From: Candidatus Binatia bacterium
GTDB lineage: Bacteria; Desulfobacterota; Binatia; Bin18
Length of the DNA: 64,000 bases
Direction of reading: 5' to 3'
Assembly: GCA_963664395.2 (NCBI GenBank)
Contig: OY761159.2
Coordinates: 2,656,001-2,720,000, forward strand
The translations under genes were made by a program, and so were the position numbers. The stretch's first letter is position 1, and every line of letters starts with the position of its first letter. The notes beneath the pieces are model-generated. The model was not told the DNA's origin and did no database searches. It worked only from the letters and a program-made list of their open reading frames with translations. Of the stretch, positions 1 to 9,558 are shown piece by piece.

Positions 1-1
1 G

Positions 2-547
2 CTGTGCGCCGTGCCCTCCACGCCGGAAGATGCCAAGGGGCTGCTGAAGCAAGCCATTCGACTGAATAACCCGGTCATCTATTTTGAGCATAAACTGCTG
101 TACCAAATGCGGGGTGAGGTGCCGGACGGAGAGGTGCTGACGCCTTTTGGGAAAGCGGTAGTCCGGCGCGAGGGCGAAGCGGTGACGATTGTAGCCTGGC
201 AGGACATGCTGCGGCGTACGCTCACCGCCGCGGAGCGACTGAGCCGGGAAGGGATCGAAGTCGAGATCGTTGACCCGCGCACCTTGAACCCTTTTGATCG
301 CGAAACTATTGTCGAGTCGGTCAAAAAGACCGGGGCCTGTATTGTAGTAGAAGAAGCCTATCGCACCCTCGGGGTCGGCGCGGAGATTGGGGCCATGCTC
401 CTGGAGGACGCGCTACCGTATATGGACAAGCCCTTCAAACGCCTGGCTATTCCCGATGTCCCGATTCCCACCAGCCAGCATCTTGTTGATGCCATCGTGC
501 CCGGTGTGGATGATATTTACCAGGCTGTAAAAGAAATCACTGCCTGA
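2..547 (+). CDS. 2-oxoacid/acetoin dehydrogenase E1 beta subunit, C-terminal part (5' end outside window)
   Basis: Transketolase C-terminal motifs PVIYFEHKLLY, EIVDPRTLNPFD and VVEEA; frame is open to the window edge; directly followed by E2. Confidence 0.9.
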   Translation: MCAVPSTPEDAKGLLKQAIRLNNPVIYFEHKLLYQMRGEVPDGEVLTPFGKAVVRREGEAVTIVAWQDMLRRTLTAAERLSREGIEVEIVDPRTLNPFDRETIVESVKKTGACIVVEEAYRTLGVGAEIGAMLLEDALPYMDKPFKRLAIPDVPIPTSQHLVDAIVPGVDDIYQAVKEITA

Positions 548-554
548 GGTCGGC

Positions 555-2144
555 GTGCAAAATATCAAAGTGCTGATGCCCAAACTCGGCCAGGCCATGA
601 CCGAGGGCACGGTCGTGGCCTGGCACCGTGCCGCGGGCGAACGGATTGAAGCCGGTGAACTGCTCGTGACCGTGGAGACCGACAAGGCCACCTACGACTT
701 GGAGGCTGCCGCCGGCGGTACGGTCCATATTCTTGTGCAGGCAGGTGAAGAGGTTCCGATTCATACAGTCATCGGTGAAATCGGTGAGGTGCCGGTGCAA
801 ACAGCGGCGTCAGCGCCTCCCCTACTCACCATCCCGAACGCTCCACCGCAGAAGGGGCCGGGACGAGTGCTCGCCTCACCAAAAGCCAAACGGCTGGCGG
901 CTGAACATGGAATTGACCTTTCCACACTTATCCCGTCTTCCTCGGATGGCATGATCTCGGCATCTGATGTGGAGCGCGCGGTTGCCAATCAGCAGCCAGC
1001 CGTGTCCGCCTTACCTTCTTCCGCACGGACTGAGCGCGAACGCCGCCCTCTGACCGGCATTCGGAAGGCCTCCGCCCGCCGGGTCCAAGCAGCCTGGCAG
1101 ACCATTCCGCATATTGTCCAGATGATTGATGTCGATGCGAGTGCACTCCGAACAGTGCGTGATAAACTTAAAACAGAAGTCTCAGGGCTGACGCTCAACG
1201 ACTTGATTTTATACGCAGTTGCGCGGGTGCTGGCCGGACTGCCCGATCTCAACGGCACGATCGAGAACGAGGAACTTGTCCTGTATGACGGCGTGGATAT
1301 CGGCTTTGCCGTTGATTCGCCGCGCGGTCTGCTGGTGCCGGTCATCCGTGGGGCGGACTCCCTCTCCATAGCACAACTTGTTACGGAAAGTCAGCGACTC
1401 GTTGAAGCCGCTCGGGCGGGTCAGCTTGGGCCGGACGATATGGGCCATGCCAGTCTGACCGTCTCGAACCTCGGCATGTTCGGCATTCGGGCCGGCACAC
1501 CGGTCATTAATCTTGGTGAGCCGCTTCTTGTCTTTGTGGGCGCGGTTGAAGAGCGGCCGGTCGTGCGGAATGGGCAGATTATCGCCCGTCCCATGCTGAC
1601 GCTCAGCATTGCGTATGACCATAGAGTTGCGGACGGGGTCGCGGCATCTCGTTTGAGTCAGGGTCTCAAAGAGGCGCTGGAGAATCTGGAGTCAGAGCCC
1701 TTCTTGGAAGCCCCCAACCCCCAAGAAGCCCTGGACAAACGGGAAGTCCGTTCGGTGTCTACCGGCGATCGGTATGCCGTTCAGGTGCGTAGTGACGGCC
1801 ATGTCTGGAGCCTTGATGAGCCGGCGAGCGACGGCGGAGAAGATACCGGCCCAGACCCGGTGACTGCCTTTCTCGGAGCGCTCCTGTCGTGCCTGACCAT
1901 TGCCTTCAAAGCCGCTGCTCGTCGTCGCAAGGTTAAAATTGGACGGATTGAAGGGCATGTCAAGGCGACGCCGAAGGGCCATGTGAAAGCAATATCCTTA
2001 ACGCTGGAAGTGTGGAGTTCGGCTTTAGAGCAAGACTTGCAAATCCTCCTCGAACGGGCCACGCGCGGTTGCTATGTTAGTGGGGTGTTGAAGCCGGATA
2101 TCGATTTTGTGGTGGAGTTGGTCAGGCACCCGCCGGCCGCTTAG
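555..2144 (+). CDS. Dihydrolipoamide acyltransferase E2 (lipoyl, subunit-binding and catalytic domains) fused to a C-terminal OsmC-family domain
   Basis: Lipoyl motif VETDKA, subunit-binding domain ASPKAKRLAAEHGIDL, catalytic DHRVADG; then about 135 extra aa with DEP..GG.DTGPDP..FLGALLSC and GCYVS, typical of OsmC/Ohr. Confidence 0.85.
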   Translation: MQNIKVLMPKLGQAMTEGTVVAWHRAAGERIEAGELLVTVETDKATYDLEAAAGGTVHILVQAGEEVPIHTVIGEIGEVPVQTAASAPPLLTIPNAPPQKGPGRVLASPKAKRLAAEHGIDLSTLIPSSSDGMISASDVERAVANQQPAVSALPSSARTERERRPLTGIRKASARRVQAAWQTIPHIVQMIDVDASALRTVRDKLKTEVSGLTLNDLILYAVARVLAGLPDLNGTIENEELVLYDGVDIGFAVDSPRGLLVPVIRGADSLSIAQLVTESQRLVEAARAGQLGPDDMGHASLTVSNLGMFGIRAGTPVINLGEPLLVFVGAVEERPVVRNGQIIARPMLTLSIAYDHRVADGVAASRLSQGLKEALENLESEPFLEAPNPQEALDKREVRSVSTGDRYAVQVRSDGHVWSLDEPASDGGEDTGPDPVTAFLGALLSCLTIAFKAAARRRKVKIGRIEGHVKATPKGHVKAISLTLEVWSSALEQDLQILLERATRGCYVSGVLKPDIDFVVELVRHPPAA

Positions 2145-2150
2145 GGACCT

Positions 2151-2180
2151 GTCGGGTTACGCTGCGCTAACCCGACCTAC
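2151..2180. repeat. REP-like palindrome between convergent genes
   Basis: GTCGGGTTA-CGCTGCGC-TAACCCGAC followed by CTAC (GTAG on the minus strand). Confidence 0.6.
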
Positions 2181-2204
2181 GGGCTTATTCCCGGCTATTC
2201 CCGG

Positions 2205-3140
2205 TTATGTTTGCAGTGCGGTTCTCAGCGCTGCCGCGGCTTTTTGTAATGCCTGACCCGCCGGCTCAATGACCTTGGCCATGCCCATAAAGCCGTGGAT
2301 GAGCCCTTCGAAACAGATGTATTCAACCGCGACTCCCGCCTCACTCAGCTTGGTCGCATACGCGGCCCCCTCGTCCCGCAAGGGATCGTATTCCGCGGTG
2401 GCAATAAAGGCCGGTGGCAGGCCGCGGCATTGGTCGGTCGATGCCCGCAGTGGGGAGGCCAGCGGATTTTGTCCATCTGCCTCACTCGCGAGGTAGTGAT
2501 CCCAGAACCACGCCATCATCTCAGTCGTAAGAAAATAGCCTTGCGCATTTTCTGTGTGCGACGGCATGGCAAATGCGTGGCCCGTGACCGGATACATGAG
2601 GAGTTGATACGCGAGAGAAGGCAGGCCACTCTCTTGCGCTTTTAAGGTCACCGCCGCGGCCAGGTTGGCACCGGCACTTTCACCGCCCACCGCAAGCCGA
2701 GCGGCATCTCCGTTCAAGGCCGCGGCGTTTAACGCTACCCAGCGGGCCGCGGCGTAGCAGTCATCGACCGCTGCCGGAAATTTATCTTCCGGCGCGAGTC
2801 GGTAGTCGGCCGAGACAACCATACAGTCAGCAAGATTGGTCAATGCCCGGCAGGACGCATCCACGGTATTAATACTGCCAACCACCCAGCCGCCCCCGTG
2901 AAAATAGACCAGTATGGGAAACGGTCCGTCTCCCTCGGGTGTGTAAATACGGATAGGCTGTTTGCCCGCAACTCCGGGTATCAGCCGGTCTTCGACCGTG
3001 CCGACCTTCTCAGGGTCATCCGTCGCGCCCCGCGCGGCTTCCATAGCCGCGCGCGCTGCTTGGGGCGAAAGATGATGTAAGGGCGGGCCGGCAGCGGCCA
3101 TTTGTTCGAGCGCTTTTGCGACCTGGGGATGGAGCGGCAT
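2205..3140 (-). CDS. HSL-family alpha/beta hydrolase (esterase/lipase)
   Basis: HGGGW oxyanion motif, GESAG nucleophile elbow, DPLRDEG, HGF. Confidence 0.9.
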   Translation of the reverse strand: MPLHPQVAKALEQMAAAGPPLHHLSPQAARAAMEAARGATDDPEKVGTVEDRLIPGVAGKQPIRIYTPEGDGPFPILVYFHGGGWVVGSINTVDASCRALTNLADCMVVSADYRLAPEDKFPAAVDDCYAAARWVALNAAALNGDAARLAVGGESAGANLAAAVTLKAQESGLPSLAYQLLMYPVTGHAFAMPSHTENAQGYFLTTEMMAWFWDHYLASEADGQNPLASPLRASTDQCRGLPPAFIATAEYDPLRDEGAAYATKLSEAGVAVEYICFEGLIHGFMGMAKVIEPAGQALQKAAAALRTALQT

Positions 3141-3167
3141 GGAGTGTTCCTTTCAGTTAAGTTCAAA

Positions 3168-3950
3168 TTATGTCAGAAAGTTTCGCACGAGTTGGACAAA
3201 TTCGGTCGGCTTTTCTAACGGCGGGCAATTCCCGCATTGAGGGATAATTTCTACGCGAGCGTTGGAAAGAGCCTGCTGATACAAAGCGCTGCATTCCAGC
3301 GGAACGATCTGATCCTCCTGCCCCCAGATAATGAGGGTTGGAATAGTAACCCGGCCTAACAGCCCGGGCAGGCTGGGGCTGAACATATACGGCTTCCAGC
3401 AGTAGCGCACCACGGTTTCCTGGTTGCGCGTCTGTATAGCGCGCTCTTCTTTGGAAGGCTTGCGTTGAAACAGTTCTGCATACTCGGAAACCTGCTGTGG
3501 GTCGAAATACGCCAGCTGTCTGGTGCCCTCCTGTCCGTGCAGAAAGATATCAGAGATTTCTCCGTCCCGCGGTTGGATACCGGCCGCATCAATCAGAATG
3601 AGACGCTCAAGCGTGCTCGGCGACATGGCCGCCATTTCGGCTGCCAGCCAGCCGCCGATAAAATGGCCGGCCAAAGTAACCTGGGTGAGACCTAATCCGT
3701 CCAACAGCCATAAGCTGAATCGCGCCAAATCCGTAAAGGTTTCCAACCAGGGCGGACGTTCCGACTGTCCAAAGCCCGGACAGGTTGGCGCATAGACGGT
3801 GAAGTGCTCGGCTAACTGTTCGTGATACTGGCGCCAACCAAGATTGCCCTCAACGCCGTGCAGCATGACCAGCGGCTTTCCCCGACCGCCTTTCAGATAG
3901 TGAATCCTGGCTCCCCCAACTTCGATATACTGTTCTTCATGTCCTGCCAT
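3168..3950 (-). CDS. Alpha/beta hydrolase-fold protein with degenerate catalytic residues
   Basis: PLVMLHG, PGFGQS and PTLIIWGQED; elbow reads GHFIGG and the His position reads GNCPPLE; start re-chosen at MAGHEEQ. Confidence 0.75.
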   Translation of the reverse strand: MAGHEEQYIEVGGARIHYLKGGRGKPLVMLHGVEGNLGWRQYHEQLAEHFTVYAPTCPGFGQSERPPWLETFTDLARFSLWLLDGLGLTQVTLAGHFIGGWLAAEMAAMSPSTLERLILIDAAGIQPRDGEISDIFLHGQEGTRQLAYFDPQQVSEYAELFQRKPSKEERAIQTRNQETVVRYCWKPYMFSPSLPGLLGRVTIPTLIIWGQEDQIVPLECSALYQQALSNARVEIIPQCGNCPPLEKPTEFVQLVRNFLT

Positions 3951-3969
3951 TGTCGTATCTCTCTGTGTC

Positions 3970-5190
3970 CTATGGCGTGTGTTCAAAGGGTCCGGGCAGC
4001 CCCAGTTCTTTTCCCATTTCCCGTACTGCCGGGAGCACATCATGTTCCATGAGGGCTAAACAGCGCATCGTGTCCTCATGCCCGATGGTGCCGTCATTTG
4101 TCCAGACGCCAAGAATCCCGGGGCGGACAACGCTGAGTACTTCCCGTAATTTCCTGACTACGGTGTCCGGATTGCCAACAATAACCCGGTTGCTTTCCAC
4201 AACCTTTTCCCAGCCCGCGGAATCAACTCCACCGTAGAGGGGATCAGGCCGGAGTGAATAGCGCCGGTACTGGTCTACAATGCGCTTGGCGCCTTCACGT
4301 GAGTTATAGCCCGGAGGAGCCATGAAGTCTCCCGGGAGCGGCACGCGGCCTACACCGGCATTGCCAATCAGAAAGCCTTTCCCAACGTCGTAGGCTTTTT
4401 CATCCGTGTCCTGGACGTGGACGCGGACGAGATAGCCGAAGTTTTGTGGTCCGGGCTCATAGCCGACTTGTTTCGCGGCTTCGGTATAAATTGTGGTCAG
4501 GTCCAAAGTGACCTGTGGGTCGGTTTCCAGGTAAATATAGGGATAGTGGTGGTGGGCACACCAGATAAGCGTCTCCGGACTGCCAATGCCCGGAATCCAA
4601 ATGGGCGGATGTGGCTGCTGAAGCGGACGTTCAAATGGATTGACCACCCGAAACTGATAATGTTTGCCTTCCCAGCGCCACGGCCCTGGTGTTGTCCAGG
4701 TTTTGATAATCAGGTCGTGTGCCTCTTCAAAGCGCTCGCGGTTATACACCGGGTTGGTGTTCGTAGCCCAGCTCTCAATGCCCGTCCCACGCACAAAGCC
4801 GGACACCAGTCGCCCCCGAGAGATCATATCGATTTCTGCCAGCTCCTCGGCCAGACGAAGAGGATTATCGAAAATCGGGAGTGGATTGCCGAGTAGAACG
4901 ATCTTCGCCCGCTTGGTGGTTCGGGCCAGAATCGCGGCTTCGAGATTCATGGCCGCGCCCATGCACGTCGGGGTATTGTGATGCTCATTCAGCATCAGGC
5001 CGTCGAAGCCAACCGCTTCAGCATACTCGTACTCGTCGAGATAGGTATTATACAGGTCCGCACCCAGGGTGGGATTGAAATGTGAATTTGGAAACGTCAG
5101 GCGAACCGCGCTCCGAAAGCTCTGGCGCACGTCCTCTTCCGAGTAATCCACATAGGCCCGTTCAGTAAAACGCATGAGAAACATACCCAT
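3970..5190 (-). CDS. LLM-class flavin-dependent oxidoreductase
   Basis: GFDGLMLNEHH, PLRLAEELAEIDMISRGR, PLQQPHPPIW. Confidence 0.9.
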   Translation of the reverse strand: MGMFLMRFTERAYVDYSEEDVRQSFRSAVRLTFPNSHFNPTLGADLYNTYLDEYEYAEAVGFDGLMLNEHHNTPTCMGAAMNLEAAILARTTKRAKIVLLGNPLPIFDNPLRLAEELAEIDMISRGRLVSGFVRGTGIESWATNTNPVYNRERFEEAHDLIIKTWTTPGPWRWEGKHYQFRVVNPFERPLQQPHPPIWIPGIGSPETLIWCAHHHYPYIYLETDPQVTLDLTTIYTEAAKQVGYEPGPQNFGYLVRVHVQDTDEKAYDVGKGFLIGNAGVGRVPLPGDFMAPPGYNSREGAKRIVDQYRRYSLRPDPLYGGVDSAGWEKVVESNRVIVGNPDTVVRKLREVLSVVRPGILGVWTNDGTIGHEDTMRCLALMEHDVLPAVREMGKELGLPGPFEHTP

Positions 5191-5311
5191 GCCCCCCCTT
5201 TCTTCACCCGGACACTATCGTGTCTTGTATAACAGGATCAAGAGAAAGAGAGGAGACAGCTTGACTCTTGTCGGCAAGCCGCGTACGGGTAGCCACAGAG
5301 GAGGGCTGACT

Positions 5312-5728
5312 ATGGCAAAGATGTACGCCAAGAATACGATTTCTTATGAGTCCGCAGCAAAAATGGTCGCCGCCGCCATCGCCAAAGCAGAAGAGCTGGG
5401 CTGCAAACAGAACGTCGCAGTGGTGGATGACGGCGGTAACCTTAAAGCTTTTGGCCGCATGGACGGTGCCGCACTTCTTGGTGTGGAAGGCTGTCAACGC
5501 AAGGCGTTTACCGCGTTGTTTGGGGTGGGGACAAAAGACCTCTACAACGCGATCAAAGACGACCAGTCCTTAGTTGTCGGTTTGTCCCATTTTTCTCGGG
5601 CCACCATGGTCGGTGGTGGGCTGCCGATTATATCCGACGGGGAGATCCTCGGTGGGATCGGCGTTGGCGGCGGAACGGTCGATGAAGACGTCGCCTGCTC
5701 ACAAGCCGGGCTGGACGCGCTCACCTAG
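5312..5728 (+). CDS. GlcG/HbpS-family heme-binding protein
   Basis: VAVVDDGGNL..F.RMDGA, KAFTA, GGLPI, GGIGVGGG..DED; AGGAGG upstream of ATG 5312. Confidence 0.85.
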   Translation: MAKMYAKNTISYESAAKMVAAAIAKAEELGCKQNVAVVDDGGNLKAFGRMDGAALLGVEGCQRKAFTALFGVGTKDLYNAIKDDQSLVVGLSHFSRATMVGGGLPIISDGEILGGIGVGGGTVDEDVACSQAGLDALT

Positions 5729-6120
5729 ATCGGGCGCGGCACCCGTGGGACGGGGCGTTGTGACCCACCCGGCGGCTGGGTCTTTTGGGAAGTCTCTTCC
5801 CCATCGCCCGCCCGGAGTTGGTCCCGGCTACAGAGCCCCTTTTCGATCAAGACCTTTTCAAACGAGGCCAGCCAGTGTTCGTAATAGCCGGGCAAGGAGG
5901 CGTCGGGAGCGTCCGCCCGAGCTTGATCGGTAGCCCCGATTTCCGTAATCAAGTGGTCGCGAAATTCGTCCCACTGAAAGTGGCCCTGTTCACATAGGGC
6001 CACGGCCAAGGCAAAGGCGCGCCTTTCCCAGGCGGCGTGGAAGACCAGCTCGCCACTTTTCCGCGGAAGGGCAGAGTCCCCTTCCATATTTGAGATCTTT
6101 CGATTTGGCGTATGTTTCAT
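5725..6120 (-). CDS. Nitrile hydratase accessory (activator, P14K/NhhG-like) protein
   Basis: [22 protein letters not shown] and [11 protein letters not shown]; overlaps the alpha-subunit stop. Confidence 0.85.
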   Translation of the reverse strand: MKHTPNRKISNMEGDSALPRKSGELVFHAAWERRAFALAVALCEQGHFQWDEFRDHLITEIGATDQARADAPDASLPGYYEHWLASFEKVLIEKGLCSRDQLRAGDGEETSQKTQPPGGSQRPVPRVPRPI

Positions 6121-6779
6121 GCTGCTGGGGGTTGGACCTTGGCTACGCCGATCATGGAGTCGCGGCTGACCAGCACGGTGAGTTCCTCTTCACTCATGCC
6201 CTCGGTTCCGGCGGGACGTTCGGGCAAGACCATATAGCGGATTTCCGCGCTACTATCCCAGACCTTCACCGCAGTTGACTCGTCAAGTTCAAGACCAAAA
6301 TCACGCAGTACGCCGCGTGGGTCCACAACGGAACGGGAACGATACGCCGCGTCCTTAAACCAGGCGGGTGGGAGTCCGAGAACCGGCCACGGATAGCAGG
6401 AGCACAAAGTACACACGACCATATGGTGGATGTCGGGTGTGTTCTCAACCACCACCATGTGCTCGCCTTGGAGGCCGCTAAAACCGAGTTCACCAATGGC
6501 TGCGGTGGCGTCTTTGAGTAAGCGCTTTTTATACGCAGGATCGACCCAGGCCCGGGCCACAACTCTGGCCCCATTCGTCGGCCCGAGGTCATTTTCATAG
6601 GTCTCGACCAATTTATCGAGAGTTTCTGAAGAGACCAGACCCTTGGCAACCAGTAAGGACTCTAACGCCTGCACCCGTTTCTCCAGGGCTGCGGTCTGCT
6701 CCGGGGTGGCGTGTTTTTCCAAGTACGGATTGGGCGGTGCATCGTGTGCGCTATGACCATGAGAATGATCGTTGCTCAT
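6117..6779 (-). CDS. nthA: Nitrile hydratase alpha subunit, cobalt type
   Basis: Metal-binding motif [10 protein letters not shown] (Thr/Tyr variant marks the Co type); His-rich N-terminus; RBS before MSNDHSH. Confidence 0.95.
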   Translation of the reverse strand: MSNDHSHGHSAHDAPPNPYLEKHATPEQTAALEKRVQALESLLVAKGLVSSETLDKLVETYENDLGPTNGARVVARAWVDPAYKKRLLKDATAAIGELGFSGLQGEHMVVVENTPDIHHMVVCTLCSCYPWPVLGLPPAWFKDAAYRSRSVVDPRGVLRDFGLELDESTAVKVWDSSAEIRYMVLPERPAGTEGMSEEELTVLVSRDSMIGVAKVQPPAA

Positions 6780-6790
6780 GACTCCTCTCC

Positions 6791-7450
6791 TTACGCTGGG
6801 TCGAGATAATCTTCCCACAGGTCGATATACAGATTGTCTGTCGTGGCCGTGTCCGGGCCCCAGAGTTCCTGGGCGCTAAAGCAGACCGAATACAGTGGCT
6901 GTGGCTGTTCACCCCGGCCGTGGGCATTGGTATCCGGGTAGACAAAGGTGCCGTGGACTTGATCGATGACCCCGTTTTTTCCGCGGACATAACGCGGCAG
7001 CCGTGTGTGCCCGGTTGGATTGAGGTTGCGCGCCTGGACTTTGTCGCCAACTGAGAAACGAGGGGTCAGGCGGCCTTCTGCCCGATTGCACGGAGCCCCT
7101 CCTTTCACAACCGCCGGGACTGCTTCGGGTGGAAGCGGACCTTCTGCCCGCTTGCTTGTTTCTGTGGCAACCCCTGTTGCCAGTTCTTCCGGGGTGAGGA
7201 CACCTTTTTCCACGGCGAGAGTTTCCAGTGCGGCCAGCCAGTGCTCATAATAGGTTGAGGAGAGATAATGGGCGGGGTCCATGCGTTCGATTGCATGTCG
7301 AAAGCCATCGAGCGTATCGAGTTGGCCCATGCCGAGCATGGTCATCGCAAACACTCGCTTTTCCCACTCGGCGTGGAAAATCGGCTCATTTTCTTCCGGC
7401 TTGACCGGACCATAACAGGTCATGCCACCCATGTCATGCACGCCATTCAT
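6791..7450 (-). CDS. nthB: Nitrile hydratase beta subunit
   Basis: [40 protein letters not shown]. Confidence 0.95.
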   Translation of the reverse strand: MNGVHDMGGMTCYGPVKPEENEPIFHAEWEKRVFAMTMLGMGQLDTLDGFRHAIERMDPAHYLSSTYYEHWLAALETLAVEKGVLTPEELATGVATETSKRAEGPLPPEAVPAVVKGGAPCNRAEGRLTPRFSVGDKVQARNLNPTGHTRLPRYVRGKNGVIDQVHGTFVYPDTNAHGRGEQPQPLYSVCFSAQELWGPDTATTDNLYIDLWEDYLDPA

Positions 7451-7484
7451 AGATCTTTCTCCTCAGGCTGAACGCTTGGCCAGA

Positions 7485-7513
7485 ACTCTAACACTCGCTC
7501 TGGCGAGGGTCAA
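7485..7513 (-). promoter_or_regulatory. Sigma70-type promoter of the nitrile hydratase operon
   Basis: Minus strand TTGACC-N17-TAGAGT with TG extension, about 35 nt upstream of nthB. Confidence 0.55.
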
Positions 7514-7535
7514 TAAATTGAGCGGCCTGAGTGCT

Positions 7536-8366
7536 CTAGGCTTTACTCCGCGACATCTGCATCCACGTTTGAGCGACTTCGAGATGGGTCGCAAACCAGA
7601 CCCCTTCGTGTTTGAGCATGTGTTGAATGAGCCGTTCCAGCATCGCCATGCGCGAGCGCCGGCCGATAATTTGCGGATGCATGACAATGCCGAGAAAGCC
7701 GCCGTCCGCATAGGCGCCGTCAAACTCAGCCTGCCAGATTTCATACACCTTATTCTGGCTCGACATGCCAGTGATGTAGGGAGAGAAAGTAAACAGAAAA
7801 TGCGGCGCATCGTCCATTTCCCAACTATAGGGAATTTCCAAGAGTCGGCGGCTCGTCTGTGGTGTCGTCAGCCAGTAGGGGTTATCGTCGCCCACGAGGC
7901 TGCTGTCATACACAAAATCATGGTCGAGTAATAAATCGAAGGTATGCGGCCCGGTATTTCCGGCTGGAGAGCGGTAGCCCCTTGGCGCTTGGCCGGTAAT
8001 CCGTTTCAGGCTCTCCGTTCCTTTCAATAACACTTCAAGCTCAACCTCACGGCCCTTGTTACCAACAAACTCATGTTCATAGCCGTGATGTCCAATTTCA
8101 TGCCCGTCAGCGCACATCTGTTCAATCAAATGCGGGTATTTGTCAGCCGACCAGCCCGGCACAAAGAAGGTCGCCCTCAGCCCATACTTTTTGAGGAGAT
8201 TGAGAATACGCGGCACCCCAGCCCGCGCGCCATACTCACCGCGCGACATCTGGCCCGGAAAGGGCTGGCGCATAGTCCGAAACCACAAGGTTTCGGCATC
8301 AAAGTCAAAACTCAGTCCAACTGCACAGCGTGTATTGTCCGGCCACATTGGATGCTCCTCTGTCAC
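7536..8366 (-). CDS. Polysaccharide deacetylase (CE4/PuuE-like) family protein
   Basis: SFDFD, ATFFVPG, HEIGHHGYEH, GYRSP, YDSS, MHPQIIG. Confidence 0.85.
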   Translation of the reverse strand: MTEEHPMWPDNTRCAVGLSFDFDAETLWFRTMRQPFPGQMSRGEYGARAGVPRILNLLKKYGLRATFFVPGWSADKYPHLIEQMCADGHEIGHHGYEHEFVGNKGREVELEVLLKGTESLKRITGQAPRGYRSPAGNTGPHTFDLLLDHDFVYDSSLVGDDNPYWLTTPQTSRRLLEIPYSWEMDDAPHFLFTFSPYITGMSSQNKVYEIWQAEFDGAYADGGFLGIVMHPQIIGRRSRMAMLERLIQHMLKHEGVWFATHLEVAQTWMQMSRSKA

Positions 8367-8498
8367 AACTCAGGTCAGTGTTTCGTCCGACTGTAAAAGA
8401 GTGGGTCGATATTCTCAACGGATACTGCACGGAATATCCGCCCGCCGTTGAAAAACAGCAGGTGACGTTCTAGGCTGAAAAAACCACGGAGAAAAAAG

Positions 8499-9116
8499 AT
8501 GTCTCAAGCAAATAAGCCAAGCTGGCCAAGCTGGGCGGAGTATTCCATACCGGTGAAAATCAATGTGCAGGCAGTCCAACTGACAGATGAACAGTTCGTG
8601 CTGCTGTGCCAAGAGAATCCAGAGCTACGGCTTGAGCTGACTGCGCAGCACGAGTTGGTGATTATGCCTCCAACAGGGTCAAAGACAGGCTGGCGGAATA
8701 GTAAACTCACACAACGTTTAGCAAACTGGGCCGAAACGGATGGGACCGGTCTGGTATTCGATTCTTCAACCGGATTCATACTGCCGAATGGAGCAAAACG
8801 TTCGCCAGATGGTTCCTGGGTGAGACGGGCACGCTGGGAGGCTTTGACCGAAGTACAGCAGAACGGCTTTGCCCCGCTGTGTCCCGATTTTGTGGTTGAG
8901 CTTCGCTCGCAACAAGACAGACTCGCCGTCCTGCAAGAGAAAATGCAGGAATACCTTGCAACTGGTGCGCAGCTCGGGTGGCTGATTGATCCGCTTGAAA
9001 AGCGTGTCCATATCTACCGCCCAAAGCAGGCGGTTGAGATTCGTGATGATCCGGCTTCACTCGCTGGTGAGTCCGTCCTGCCAGGATTCGTCTTACACGT
9101 TCAGGAGTTGTGGTAG
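8499..9116 (+). CDS. Uma2 (DUF820) family endonuclease-fold protein
   Basis: LRLELTAQHELVIMPP, FDSSTGF.LPNGA.RSPD, CPDFVVELRS, LGWLIDP. Confidence 0.9.
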   Translation: MSQANKPSWPSWAEYSIPVKINVQAVQLTDEQFVLLCQENPELRLELTAQHELVIMPPTGSKTGWRNSKLTQRLANWAETDGTGLVFDSSTGFILPNGAKRSPDGSWVRRARWEALTEVQQNGFAPLCPDFVVELRSQQDRLAVLQEKMQEYLATGAQLGWLIDPLEKRVHIYRPKQAVEIRDDPASLAGESVLPGFVLHVQELW

Positions 9117-9157
9117 GAAAAAGCCGAAGCAAGCGACAACTTATTGAGAGGACGTCA

Positions 9158-9373
9158 ATGCGGAACGAATTTACCGCGCTGATCGAGCGGGACAACGACT
9201 GGTATATTGCCTACTGTCCCGAAATTCCCGGAGCAAACGGCCAAGGCCGCACTCCAGCCGAAGCGCGCGCAAGCGTAGCCGAGGCTATTGCGTTGATTCT
9301 TGAGGATCGCCGGGAGGACGCACTCCGTGGGCTGCCAGCCGACGCCATCAGGGAAACGGTGATTGTCGAGTGA
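9158..9373 (+). CDS. hicB: HicB-family antitoxin (short form)
   Basis: WYIAYCPEIPGANGQGRT..EA..S..EAI; GAGG RBS; GTGA overlap with hicA. Confidence 0.85.
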   Translation: MRNEFTALIERDNDWYIAYCPEIPGANGQGRTPAEARASVAEAIALILEDRREDALRGLPADAIRETVIVE

Positions 9374-9558
9374 AGCGGAGTGCTCTCCTGCGGCACTTAC
9401 GTCGGTATGGCTGCTATCTCAAGCGTGAAGGACGGGGACATTCCTTATGGTGTAATCCTACGACTGGTGCTGTAGAGACAGTACCGCGCCATACTGAGAT
9501 CCCCAACGGACTGGCGCGGAAGATTTGCCGTAACCTGTCAGTTCCTGAAATCGGCTGA
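9370..9558 (+). CDS. hicA: HicA-family toxin
   Basis: MKR..LLRHL...GC...REG.GHSLW, VPRHTEI. Confidence 0.85.
   Translation: MKRSALLRHLRRYGCYLKREGRGHSLWCNPTTGAVETVPRHTEIPNGLARKICRNLSVPEIG

Noticed and set aside
7451-7535. Cobalt/nickel riboswitch before nitrile hydratase
   Set aside because: The leader after the predicted promoter is only about 30 nt, too short for that fold
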